In this document: piece after piece, positions 9,235-18,128 of the stretch
Layout of the letters: the number at the start of each line of letters is the position of its first letter
Position numbering within the stretch: position 1 is the first letter of the stretch
DNA from: a virus
Reading direction: 5' to 3' (one strand)
DNA length: 64,000 nucleotides
IMG/VR virus record: IMGVR_UViG_3300025141_000042
Span: 36,292-100,291 of that record
Notes under the pieces: generated by a model
The model's database searches: none
The model's input: only the letters and a program-made list of their open reading frames with translations
What the model was told of the DNA's origin: nothing
Position numbers and translations under genes: made by a program

Positions 9235-11187
9235 ATGAGAAAAATCACCATTCTATTGACACTATTTATTTCGCTTTTTGGCGGATGTAGTTGTGATGAT
9301 GAAAAACTCTTTTTTAGTTGCCCCGTACCGAGTCCCTGTATCAACACAGCAGATGGCGGTATATTCGTGTTTGACCAAGATTACCAATCTCGTACACAAG
9401 GCGAGTGCCAACTCGGCATGACTGCATGCGATGAAGACAACAGGCAGATTTGTGTTGGCCAAGTTAAACCAATCGCCGAAACTTGTGACGGTCTAGACAA
9501 CAACTGCGATGGCATCGTAGATAACCAAATTTCTAGAGATATTGACGGAGATCTCTTCAATGATCTTACGTCCTGCTTGAATGCTACGGATTGCGACGAC
9601 AGGAATCCGAATATCTTTCCTGGCGCAGATGAAATATGTAACGGTATTGATGATGATTGTGATGGTGAGATAGATGAAGTGGGTCCATATGAATGTTGGA
9701 CTGGTGCTCCGGATGCTGTATTTAGCGATGATACCCCATGCAGAACTGGCATAGTTGCTTGCGTTGATGGTGCCTGGTCTGGGTGTGAGGGGCAAGTCCT
9801 TGCGCATGTAGAGTTGTGCGACACTATAGATAATGACTGTAACGGAATAGTAGATGATGACCCATACTATGTAGGTCTGCCATGTGGACCAGAGTCTACC
9901 ATTGGCCAATGTAGTTATGGGAGTAATGCATGCATTAATGGAGAACTTCTCTGTGTCGGCGCACAGTTTCCCCAAAATGAAATATGCGATAACATAGACA
10001 ACGACTGCGATGGGATGACGGACAATGATCTAGAAAGACTATGTGAGTCCGACTGTGGTCAGGGCATAGAGTTTTGTTCGGGAGGCGCATGGGGTGGATG
10101 TACTGCGGCAATGCCTGGGTTTGAGTTTTGCGATGGTGTTGACAATGATTGCGATGGAGAAGTGGATGAGAATTGTCCCTGTGTAGAAGGTGATGCGCAA
10201 GCATGTCAGGAAGATCCTATGATGGATCAGTACACAGGCGAATGGATGAGTTGTGGCACTGGTATCCAAGTTTGCGACAGTCTTGGAGTATGGGGAGAAT
10301 GCTTCTGGTTCGGACCTGGGGAAGAGGTGTGCAACAATTGGGATGACGATTGCGATAATACCATAGACGGAATGGAAGCGGTCTGCGGAGTTCAACCAGA
10401 GGAAACTCTGGGCGTTGGAGAATGCCGTGCCGGAGTTGCTGTCTGTACCGCAGGAGAATGGGGGGAGTGTGTTGGCGAGATTGGACCAGAGGAAGAAGTT
10501 TGCGATGCGTTGGACAATGATTGTGATGGCGAGGTTGACGAGGATTTAAATATACACGACAAGGTAGACATGGTTTTTGCCATTGATATTTCCGGTTCCA
10601 TGGGTGCATACATTGCTGCTCTCGCCGAGGGCATCTCGAACTATGTAGCAGACTTCGAAGGCACAGAACATCGCTTTGCTCTTGTTCCATTCCCAGAGGC
10701 CTCTGGTGGGGGCGGCGCGCCCTACATTGTTGCAACGGGTCCACCTCTGGTTGATGTAAATACCTTCCTTACTGCATTGACATCTATAATAAATGCCCAA
10801 GGCGGAGGGTATGAACCATCCATAGATGTGATGTATGACTTGGTGAGTCCGGATGATCCGGCCGGCATCGGTTGGCGGGAAGATGCTTACCCATACATAA
10901 TCTTGATCACCGATGAAGGGGCACAGAGTTGGTCACAACTTCAGGCATCAGCAATATATTGGAATGCCTTTAATTGTCAGTTAGGTTCTTGCGAAGCAGG
11001 AGACTCAGTGGAGACATTTATCATAGGCAAGACAGAATACTTCTTCGGGTTTCACGAGATTGTCTACGGGGATACAGACAGGTTCTATGAGATCACTCCT
11101 GCAAACGGGACCCGATATACCGAAATGCTCAAAGATGTCTTCACAAACATCTGCCTCACCGAAGAAGATGCCGGTACCACACCATAA
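9235..11187 (+). CDS. lipoprotein with MopE-like Cys-rich repeats and C-terminal vWA domain
   Basis: Lipobox-like FGGC; ~7 repeats of E-x-C-[DN]-x-x-D-[ND]-[DN]-C-D/N-G-x-x-D; MIDAS DISGS...GGGYEP...ITDE. Confidence 0.85.
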   Translation: MRKITILLTLFISLFGGCSCDDEKLFFSCPVPSPCINTADGGIFVFDQDYQSRTQGECQLGMTACDEDNRQICVGQVKPIAETCDGLDNNCDGIVDNQISRDIDGDLFNDLTSCLNATDCDDRNPNIFPGADEICNGIDDDCDGEIDEVGPYECWTGAPDAVFSDDTPCRTGIVACVDGAWSGCEGQVLAHVELCDTIDNDCNGIVDDDPYYVGLPCGPESTIGQCSYGSNACINGELLCVGAQFPQNEICDNIDNDCDGMTDNDLERLCESDCGQGIEFCSGGAWGGCTAAMPGFEFCDGVDNDCDGEVDENCPCVEGDAQACQEDPMMDQYTGEWMSCGTGIQVCDSLGVWGECFWFGPGEEVCNNWDDDCDNTIDGMEAVCGVQPEETLGVGECRAGVAVCTAGEWGECVGEIGPEEEVCDALDNDCDGEVDEDLNIHDKVDMVFAIDISGSMGAYIAALAEGISNYVADFEGTEHRFALVPFPEASGGGGAPYIVATGPPLVDVNTFLTALTSIINAQGGGYEPSIDVMYDLVSPDDPAGIGWREDAYPYIILITDEGAQSWSQLQASAIYWNAFNCQLGSCEAGDSVETFIIGKTEYFFGFHEIVYGDTDRFYEITPANGTRYTEMLKDVFTNICLTEEDAGTTP

Positions 11188-11214
11188 ACAAAAAGCGCAC
11201 CACAAGGGTGCGCT
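11188..11214. terminator. intrinsic terminator between convergent genes
   Basis: AGCGCACC-loop-GGTGCGCT with A-run (U-tract for minus strand). Confidence 0.7.
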
Positions 11215-11238
11215 CCTACTTTGTATCTGTTGTAATGC

Positions 11239-11685
11239 CTAGGCAATTGCAATAGATGTTGGTTTTGATTCTTCCGTTGGGGGGATCACAACCCTCAGCA
11301 ATCCATTTTCAAATGAAGCATCTGAACTCTTCATCTCAAGTTGGTTCTCGTAATCGACAAACGACTTCGAGAAAGACCTCCGAGCAATCCGACGCGATGG
11401 TGCGTCACCTTTCGAGGCAGAGTCACAAGAGATCGTAATATAGTTATCCCTCACTTCCACCTTTAAGTCTTCCCTGGAGAAACCAGCGAGAGCTACCTCG
11501 ATCACCTGATTATTTTCCTCATCCTTGTAGATATCCGTAAGGGGATATCCTTCCGTGGATTTCTTTGTGACCTCGCCGGACCAATCTGGCGAGCGAATGA
11601 TCAGTTGTTCGAAGATCGAGTCAAGCACCGATTGTCCCATGATGGACGGAAAGTAGTGGTTTCTAGTTAGTTTATTATTAGTCAT
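11239..11685 (-). CDS. hsp20: Hsp20 small heat shock protein
   Basis: YPLTDIY...IEVALAGFSREDL...IARRSF...ASFENGLLRV. Confidence 0.92.
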   Translation of the reverse strand: MTNNKLTRNHYFPSIMGQSVLDSIFEQLIIRSPDWSGEVTKKSTEGYPLTDIYKDEENNQVIEVALAGFSREDLKVEVRDNYITISCDSASKGDAPSRRIARRSFSKSFVDYENQLEMKSSDASFENGLLRVVIPPTEESKPTSIAIA

Positions 11686-11752
11686 GTTTATTCTCCTTTA
11701 AAAGCAAGTTTATGACTTGGTTAACGTGCCCCGACATGGCAGCACAGATACT

Positions 11753-11781
11753 ATTATAAACACCCAAGCACTGGGTGTCAA
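11753..11781 (-). promoter_or_regulatory. sigma70 promoter for hsp20
   Basis: Perfect TTGACA-17nt-TATAAT. Confidence 0.85.
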
Positions 11782-11790
11782 GTTCTTATC

Positions 11791-12192
11791 TTATGAATTT
11801 ACAATTGTACCTTCAGACCAAAAGCGATCATTCTTTTTCTGGTCCGTGATTACCAGGACTTCGATACAGTCTTTCTTTAGTCGATGTCGGTAATATTCAA
11901 GGTTCCCGTAGAGCGGCCGAGAGGTCTTCCTTTGGAACTTTTCTCTGGGTGGGGGTTGGTTCAGGAACTGCAAGCATGCTTCAACCAGTTGCCTCTCAGG
12001 GACTCCCTGGTCTAAGCGTTGCTTTAGTTCTGCATCCAAATCCAATTGACCTGCAACGACCCATCGTTTGCTGCCAAAACCCTTCACATCCCAAAACATC
12101 GAACCGTGGTATCTTCCATCCCTCTTCTTTTCGTCTCTTGCTGCGAAACCGTATTCTTCAACGGGTTTCCACTTGCATGGTACTGTCTCCAT
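11791..12192 (-). CDS. hypothetical protein
   Basis: 133 aa ORF with GAGG SD. Confidence 0.65.
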   Translation of the reverse strand: METVPCKWKPVEEYGFAARDEKKRDGRYHGSMFWDVKGFGSKRWVVAGQLDLDAELKQRLDQGVPERQLVEACLQFLNQPPPREKFQRKTSRPLYGNLEYYRHRLKKDCIEVLVITDQKKNDRFWSEGTIVNS

Positions 12193-12194
12193 CT

Positions 12195-12449
12195 TTATCT
12201 ACCTCTCTTCTCAAGGAGTTTTTCTAGTTCGGTGAATCCGCCCACCAGATCCATCTTTCCCCTGCTGTCGCACTCCAAGACAACGGGGACTGTTGGGTGG
12301 TTAAATTGCTTCTTGACCATCTCGTGATATCCAACAGAATTATCAACAACTGTCACAACGTATTCAGTGCTGGAACTCTCCAGTAACTCAACCGCAAGTT
12401 TGCAATAGGGGCAATCGACTTTTATGAAAAGGTGGAAAAAACTAAACAC
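12195..12449 (-). CDS. grx: glutaredoxin
   Basis: CPYC active site, TVP cis-Pro loop, GGFTEL. Confidence 0.9.
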   Translation of the reverse strand: MFSFFHLFIKVDCPYCKLAVELLESSSTEYVVTVVDNSVGYHEMVKKQFNHPTVPVVLECDSRGKMDLVGGFTELEKLLEKRGR

Positions 12450-12457
12450 TCTCTAAC

Positions 12458-12748
12458 CTAACCCTTCAGTAAAGTTCTCTTTGATGACCGGCACTTCTCC
12501 ACGATTTGTGCCGGAGTTCCTATGACTCTTATTTCGTGGGGTCGCAATCCGGAGCGAATCGTGACGCGGGAAAAGGAATGACTTGCATTCAGTTCCGGCG
12601 GCAAGGCACCCTCCTGCAAGAGAGACTCGGCACGTTCATCTCGGCGGACGCTAATGATCTGCTCGGGGTTGACGTAGACCTCTCCTAATTGGAGTTTGTA
12701 CTCGCCGGCAAAAGTTTCCCAATTCACTTCAACTAATTCTACTAGCAT
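12458..12748 (-). CDS. FlbD-like small protein
   Basis: MLVEL...VYVNPEQIISV...IRVIGTPAQIVEK resembles the FlbD-family pattern; AAGGAG SD. Confidence 0.5.
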   Translation of the reverse strand: MLVELVEVNWETFAGEYKLQLGEVYVNPEQIISVRRDERAESLLQEGALPPELNASHSFSRVTIRSGLRPHEIRVIGTPAQIVEKCRSSKRTLLKG

Positions 12749-12989
12749 GCTGCTCTCCTTCTGTGCTCTTCTCAAAGAGGTATATCGACTTTGAGAGCAC
12801 AAGCCAAACCTGTCCGCCGCAGACTATCCTAGAATAACCCTCCAGTTGTTTGCATTTATTCAGATAAATGGCCAACTCTGGTTTTGCGGTGAACATGTAT
12901 TTGTCTATATATCGCAAGGGTTCTTCTCCGCTTTCTATTTCGACGAGAAGAACCTCCGATGGGATATGTAGTAAGTCGCCTGCCCTCAA
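12729..12989 (-). CDS. small SH3-like hypothetical protein
   Basis: MRAGDLLHI...; GGAGG SD. Confidence 0.55.
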   Translation of the reverse strand: MRAGDLLHIPSEVLLVEIESGEEPLRYIDKYMFTAKPELAIYLNKCKQLEGYSRIVCGGQVWLVLSKSIYLFEKSTEGEQHASRIS

Positions 12990-13270
12990 GCACCCTCCGG
13001 GTTATTGCTGGCACTGAGAAGTTCGTGGTACTGCGAAAGGATGCTAGCACAATCCTCCAGACGTTCGTTGATTAATCCCAGTTCTCTCTGTGCTCCTTGA
13101 AGGATTCCCACAGTCTCTGCAATGTCTGCTGTATTGGATAATTTCTCCATCGCGAAACGCAACTTCGAGTTCTGGATTCCACCTAATTTTTGCCGCACGT
13201 TATCAATCAGCATCCTTACGTCTGCTGGAATCTCGCTAGCATCTGTTCTTATTGTTAGTTTTGCACTCAT
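12986..13270 (-). CDS. hypothetical helical protein
   Basis: 94 aa ORF; GAGG SD. Confidence 0.6.
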   Translation of the reverse strand: MSAKLTIRTDASEIPADVRMLIDNVRQKLGGIQNSKLRFAMEKLSNTADIAETVGILQGAQRELGLINERLEDCASILSQYHELLSASNNPEGA

Positions 13271-13286
13271 CTTAATCCTCTCTCTC

Positions 13287-13556
13287 TCACCCCAATGCAG
13301 CGGTGACTATATATGAAACAACGCCAATCATGGCAGAAACGAGCATCCAAAGCAACTTGGTGGATGTGTTCTTCCACCCCTCAAGTTCCCTTATCCTCGC
13401 ATAAAGACCCTCATCAGGATGATACACTGCTTCTCTGACCTTTGAGATATCGGCGGCCATGGATTCCTGCTTCTCACGGAGTTCGTCAATCTTCATGTCT
13501 AATACATCCAGTTTGCCATCGAGCATGCTCAAGCAAAGGTTTGTCTTATCTTCCAT
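13287..13556 (-). CDS. coiled-coil protein with C-terminal TM (XhlA/holin-like architecture)
   Basis: Coiled coil then LLWMLVSAMIGVVSYIV; GGAGG SD; late motif at 13594-13601. Confidence 0.6.
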   Translation of the reverse strand: MEDKTNLCLSMLDGKLDVLDMKIDELREKQESMAADISKVREAVYHPDEGLYARIRELEGWKNTSTKLLWMLVSAMIGVVSYIVTAALG

Positions 13557-13604
13557 GTGGTTTTCCTCCGCCGGTTACTTTGATTTGCCTGTATAAATAG
13601 TTCC

Positions 13605-15176
13605 TTACTCGTCAATTATCGCGTGACTTGTTGTGATAAGAGTACCGATTGCCGATACAGAATTCTGAAGTGCACACCGGGTTACTTTTACTGGATCGAT
13701 GATGCCATTTTCCTTGAGATCTACAATCTCGCCTGTCGAAAAATTAAAACCTGTACCCTCTTCGGTAGACAATGCCTGGTCTAAGACAACATCTGGTTTC
13801 ATTCCTGCGTTTCTGGCCATCTGCTTAATCGGTGCCTGGACGGCATCAGTAACGATCTTTACGCCAAGTTCTTGATCTCGGTTTTCAGCATCTATCTCCA
13901 CTTCCTTCGATGCCAAGAGGAGTGCCATGCCGCCGCCGGAGATCATTCCCTCCTGTTGTGCCGACTTGACTGCCTCAAGGGCATCTTCGATGCGATGCTT
14001 TTTCTCAATCATCTCCACTTCCGTATTGCCGCCAACATTGATAATAGCAATGCCGCTGGCCAAGCGAGTGATACGTTCTTGGATCCTTTCACAGACCTGC
14101 ATATTGTCAGTCTGCTCAAACTGAGACTTGAGAAGTTCAACACGCTCGGAGACCTGCTCTTCGCTTCCGTTACCTCCGACAACAGTTGTCAGTGTCTTAG
14201 TTGCCTCAATTGATTTAGCATTACCCAAGTTAGTCAGTTTAACGTCTCTCAACTTCAAGCCCGAGGAGCGGGAAATGAATGTGGCGCCGACACTGATTGC
14301 TAAGTCTTCCAGGATGTTTCGTCTCTCCTCGCCATAGCGGGGGCCCTTGATAGCAGCAACTTTCATAGTTCCTCGTGCTGCGTTCATTATCATTGCCGCG
14401 AGTGCCTGACCTTCTATCTCCTCGGCGACAACCACTAGTGGGCGACCATCTCTCGCGATCAGTTCTAGGACCGGTAAAATGTCTTCTACGAATTCTATCT
14501 TTTCATCGGTAACAAGGAATAGGGGATCGTTGTATTTCAGCACTCCCCTGCGCTCGTCGGTCACAAACGCGCCGGCAGCATAACCGTTATCGAAACGAAA
14601 ACCTTCCACGAGATCCAGACTTGTATCTAATGATTTGCCATCCTCAATTGTAATCGAACCATCTTTGCCGATCATATCGATTGCCGTAGAGATAAGTTTG
14701 CCGATGGTCCTGTCTCCGTTCGCTGAGATGGTAGCAATGTCCTCAATATCCGACAGTTTTGTTACCTTCTTTGAAATGTTGCGAAGATTGGAGACAATCA
14801 CAGAGGTTGCCTTGTCAATGCCACGTTTCAGTTCGACAGGAGAGGCACCGGCAACGATGTGCTTCTGTGCCTCTAGAAAAATAGCACGAGCAATAACAAT
14901 TGCAGTAGTGGTTCCATCGCCAGCACTATTGTTGGTCTCCTCGCTTGCTTGTTTGATTATTTGTGCGCCAACATTCTCAAACGGGTCGTCAAAGTCTACG
15001 AACCGTGCGACAGTTACACCGTCTTTAGTGATAATTGGAGAACCACTCTTCGGGTGGAGAATCACATTCCTCCCTTTGGGGCCCATGGTGGCAGAAACAT
15101 TGTCGGCCAACTTGTTTATGCCATTTAAAATTTTCTGATTTAAACCTTTTTGCGTATCAAGGTATTGTTTCGACAT
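13605..15176 (-). CDS. groEL: chaperonin GroEL
   Basis: TMGPKGRNV, ITKDGVTVA, AGDGTTT, RIEDAL, GIIDPVKV; no GGM tail. Confidence 0.97.
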   Translation of the reverse strand: MSKQYLDTQKGLNQKILNGINKLADNVSATMGPKGRNVILHPKSGSPIITKDGVTVARFVDFDDPFENVGAQIIKQASEETNNSAGDGTTTAIVIARAIFLEAQKHIVAGASPVELKRGIDKATSVIVSNLRNISKKVTKLSDIEDIATISANGDRTIGKLISTAIDMIGKDGSITIEDGKSLDTSLDLVEGFRFDNGYAAGAFVTDERRGVLKYNDPLFLVTDEKIEFVEDILPVLELIARDGRPLVVVAEEIEGQALAAMIMNAARGTMKVAAIKGPRYGEERRNILEDLAISVGATFISRSSGLKLRDVKLTNLGNAKSIEATKTLTTVVGGNGSEEQVSERVELLKSQFEQTDNMQVCERIQERITRLASGIAIINVGGNTEVEMIEKKHRIEDALEAVKSAQQEGMISGGGMALLLASKEVEIDAENRDQELGVKIVTDAVQAPIKQMARNAGMKPDVVLDQALSTEEGTGFNFSTGEIVDLKENGIIDPVKVTRCALQNSVSAIGTLITTSHAIIDE

Positions 15177-15213
15177 TATTCCTCCGATCAGTTAAGTGAT
15201 CATCTTTTTGGTT

Positions 15214-15242
15214 ATTATACAGATAAAAAACATCTTTGTCAA
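15214..15242 (-). promoter_or_regulatory. sigma70 promoter for groEL
   Basis: TTGACA-17nt-TATAAT. Confidence 0.85.
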
Positions 15243-15245
15243 GGA

Positions 15246-16682
15246 TTAATTTTCCCGATCAGTTTTGTTGTTCGGATCCGTGCCGGCGAGGGATACAACT
15301 TTCGCGGTCTTATCTGGCAACTCGTTGGCCTTCTCAGTCGCTGCGATGCCGACTGCTGCCCTGTTGGAGGCTATTGTAGTTAAGTAAGTCTGGACAGTTT
15401 CGGTAAATGTGGCCAAACTGTTGAACATATCAATTATCGCTTCGTCAATCTGCCCTACGGCTACTTCAATAGTCTTTGCAATGTCTGCATCTGAAAAGTT
15501 CAACACAATTGGTGGTTCAAGATTTCCCTCTGCCAGCGCGAACTTCATCCACTCAGACTGGGTGAGACTAAAATCTGTGTGTATTTTTTCGGTTTTTGGA
15601 TCGTGTCCGGTCAAATTACGCTTTTTAAACTTGGCATTATAAAGTTTTCCCATCTGTCCTATTAGTTTCAGAAATCTTTGGCGTTCATCAGAAGGCATTT
15701 CTTCTGCACGTGCTCTGGGATTGGTTTTGGCGTTGGCACCAACAACCTTTCCTAGAAGGGGACCAAGATCATCGACATCAAGCAAATTACGCAACCCTTC
15801 TTCGTCAATATCAAGAATTTCGCCCGTCTGCGCCATCTGTGATATCACATCAAGAACTTCTGTTCCTGTTAGTTTGTCACCCTGACCTTCTTGTACTGCA
15901 TTGGTAGCCAAAAATGTTTTACGATATTGGGGTTTCAAAACAACCTTGGCAGGATCTTCTGGATCGGGATCAAAGAGATCTTTGTTAAGAAACTCGTTTA
16001 TATTTGTTGCATCAACAGTGAACCTGTAGAATGCCAGAGAACCAACCTGACCCGAACTACCCGCTGGTTTTTTGATAAATATATCAAAATAAACCCTTTT
16101 AGTTGGGCTATTGTTTAGAGATGCATAGAGGTTCTTGATACTACCATCAACCGCTGCCTTGCCGTCGATTTTCGTTTTAATCGAAATAGGCGTCCCATCA
16201 ACATCTATGACGTCGCCAATCTGAAGTTCTTTGTTCGCTAGGCCAGCTTCTTCTTGGGCCGAGCGATAAAAGGCACTTATAAGCCCTTCATTAACAAAAC
16301 CTGCCGGAGATGCCTGAAAGCTCTTAAACAACCTATTGAAAGTCTCTAACAAGATAATCTGAGATAGAATTCTCCTTGGGTTCTTGATCTTTCCGAGAGT
16401 GCCCTCCCTTAGTTTAGTCATTTGCTGCTCGATGATTTTCAAGCGGTCCTGTACAGAATCCTTGCCAGCAGTTGCGGTCCTAACGATGCGATCAAGTTCT
16501 GCGCGCTCCACCGTATCTAACTTGCCCCAGTTCTCTGACATCTGCAACTTAAAGAGTTCTAGCACCTTGCCTTGTTCTGCCTTCAACCTGCTCTCTTCGT
16601 TCAGAGGTGCTACTTCTTTTTTCCCAGCAAACAGGGTATCTATTTCTAGTTCAACAAACCTCAACAATTCCTTTGCGCTCAT
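15246..16682 (-). CDS. late protein with possible PD-(D/E)xK nuclease-like domain
   Basis: GFVNEGL...IGDVI...PISIKTK pattern; late-motif variants upstream (16738-16763). Confidence 0.5.
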   Translation of the reverse strand: MSAKELLRFVELEIDTLFAGKKEVAPLNEESRLKAEQGKVLELFKLQMSENWGKLDTVERAELDRIVRTATAGKDSVQDRLKIIEQQMTKLREGTLGKIKNPRRILSQIILLETFNRLFKSFQASPAGFVNEGLISAFYRSAQEEAGLANKELQIGDVIDVDGTPISIKTKIDGKAAVDGSIKNLYASLNNSPTKRVYFDIFIKKPAGSSGQVGSLAFYRFTVDATNINEFLNKDLFDPDPEDPAKVVLKPQYRKTFLATNAVQEGQGDKLTGTEVLDVISQMAQTGEILDIDEEGLRNLLDVDDLGPLLGKVVGANAKTNPRARAEEMPSDERQRFLKLIGQMGKLYNAKFKKRNLTGHDPKTEKIHTDFSLTQSEWMKFALAEGNLEPPIVLNFSDADIAKTIEVAVGQIDEAIIDMFNSLATFTETVQTYLTTIASNRAAVGIAATEKANELPDKTAKVVSLAGTDPNNKTDREN

Positions 16683-16784
16683 CTGGTCATTTCCTTCTCC
16701 CGAAATAGGATTTAATTATTAACTATTGTAACATAATTAAGTAGGTATTGTAATATAAATAGGCAATACAAATCGCAAAACAGC

Positions 16785-16820
16785 AAAAACCACTCACTAG
16801 AGGGCATGCGAGTGGTTTTT
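16785..16820. terminator. intrinsic terminator
   Basis: AAAAACCACTC...GAGTGGTTTTT inverted repeat. Confidence 0.7.
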
Positions 16821-16874
16821 ACTTACTGATTGTTACTGTCCAATAAAATTATTTATTAATATATTGTTATTTTA

Positions 16875-17492
16875 TTACTTATTTTCGGCAGCGAGTCGCT
16901 CTTTGACACGTTTGGTCACTTCAGCAACAACGCTATCCAAATCCAAATTCGATTCTTGGTAGACTTCGCCTTCGCCTTCGACCGGTGCGTCAGCGATTTC
17001 CATTTCGGCATCTGCATCCAAATCCGCTGGCATCTCATCGTCGGCAGGTGCTTCTGCTTCGGCCGAGTCCATGGACACTTCTACTCCCAAAACAGCGGCA
17101 ACTGCGTTAACTACGTCTTTCAGCAGTCCTTCTTTGTCGCCTAAGTCTGCATCGTCTGCCATCGCATCCATCGCATCGTCTGCTGGAGGTTCGTCTGCTG
17201 GAGGTTCGTCTGCTGGAGGTTCGTCTGCCATTGGGTCGTCTTCCATTTCCTCTTTTGTGATCTCTTCTTTGGCAATTTCCTCGCTTACTTCTTCGTCAGT
17301 GACTTCATTAACCTCTTCTTTGGCGGACCCTTCGGTCACCTCGTCGGTCACTTCTTCGTCAACAACTTTGTTAACCTCTTCCAATTCTTCTTTATATAAG
17401 TCTGTAACAAACTCTTCTGCCAATGGTTTTAGATTTGCCAATCGCATGAACTGGCGGACGGAACCTTCTTCAAGTAAAGCTTTCTTTGACAT
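16875..17492 (-). CDS. highly acidic late protein, probable internal head/core protein
   Basis: E/D-rich with DEPPA repeats; N-terminal LLEE...FMRLANL; late motif at 17558-17565. Confidence 0.65.
   Translation of the reverse strand: MSKKALLEEGSVRQFMRLANLKPLAEEFVTDLYKEELEEVNKVVDEEVTDEVTEGSAKEEVNEVTDEEVSEEIAKEEITKEEMEDDPMADEPPADEPPADEPPADDAMDAMADDADLGDKEGLLKDVVNAVAAVLGVEVSMDSAEAEAPADDEMPADLDADAEMEIADAPVEGEGEVYQESNLDLDSVVAEVTKRVKERLAAENK
17176..17229. repeat. 15-bp tandem repeat (DEPPA x3)
   Basis: tcgtctgctggaggt repeated three times plus a partial copy. Confidence 0.85.
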
Positions 17493-17589
17493 AATTCACT
17501 CTCTCCCTCTTTTTTTTATTGCCGCTATGGTTTGCGACAAAGAAATTAAATCACTTATAAGTAGTATTTAAAAACGCAAAAAACCCCTC

Positions 17590-17829
17590 TCACTGAGTTA
17601 TACCGCGTATTCTTTTAGAAAGTTTTATCAAGGATGTATCTTGGATCTGTTTCACCCTGACATAACTTATTTTCAATCTTTCTGCAACTTCGTGCAGTGT
17701 CATATCTCCGTTCTTTTCTATCGAGATTAGTGCACAGTTCTGTTCTTCTCCATGTTCTATCCACATCCTGCAATCAGTCTTCGTGCATTCCTCGTTTTTG
17801 GCCATACACTCTTTCGCGCACTTTCTCAT
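17590..17829 (-). CDS. stand-alone sigma70 region-4-like HTH protein with Cys-rich N-terminus
   Basis: MTLHEVAERLKISYVRVKQIQDTSLIKL matches sigma4 (TLEEIG...SRERVRQIE..AL.KL); five Cys in the N-terminal half. Confidence 0.75.
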   Translation of the reverse strand: MRKCAKECMAKNEECTKTDCRMWIEHGEEQNCALISIEKNGDMTLHEVAERLKISYVRVKQIQDTSLIKLSKRIRGITQ

Positions 17830-18128
17830 AAATCCATTTCCTCTTCAAACATATCAAAGATGTCTTCTATTTCGCTATCTGGCAATCTAAATCTCCTACC
17901 AGTGGCATCAGAAAGGGTTCTCTCTTTATCGAGGATATTTTGTTTCCCCTTTACATGGAGATCCTTTCTCTTCTTAAATTCCACTATGTATTCGATAAAC
18001 GCGGGATCGTCCTCCAAGAAGGATGCAACAACTCCTCTGAAAAATTGCCTTTTAGTGATGCCCTCGTGCTTCAACTTTATAAGCAGTTTGGCATAGGTCG
18101 TGTCTTCATCTTCGAAACCTATTATCAT
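17826..18128 (-). CDS. putative ribbon-helix-helix-like DNA-binding protein
   Basis: Short beta strand then two helices (YAKLLIKLKHEGITKRQFFRGVV). Confidence 0.45.
   Translation of the reverse strand: MIIGFEDEDTTYAKLLIKLKHEGITKRQFFRGVVASFLEDDPAFIEYIVEFKKRKDLHVKGKQNILDKERTLSDATGRRFRLPDSEIEDIFDMFEEEMDL

Noticed and set aside
13605-15242. Host chromosomal DNA or CIRCE-controlled groESL operon
   Set aside because: groEL is embedded among phage genes, unlinked to groES, lacks the GGM tail, and has no CIRCE repeat upstream.
16679-16700. Minigene ATG-ACC-AGA-TGA overlapping the start of 15246-16682
   Set aside because: The main ATG has its own usable AGGA SD, and a three-codon ORF arises easily by chance.
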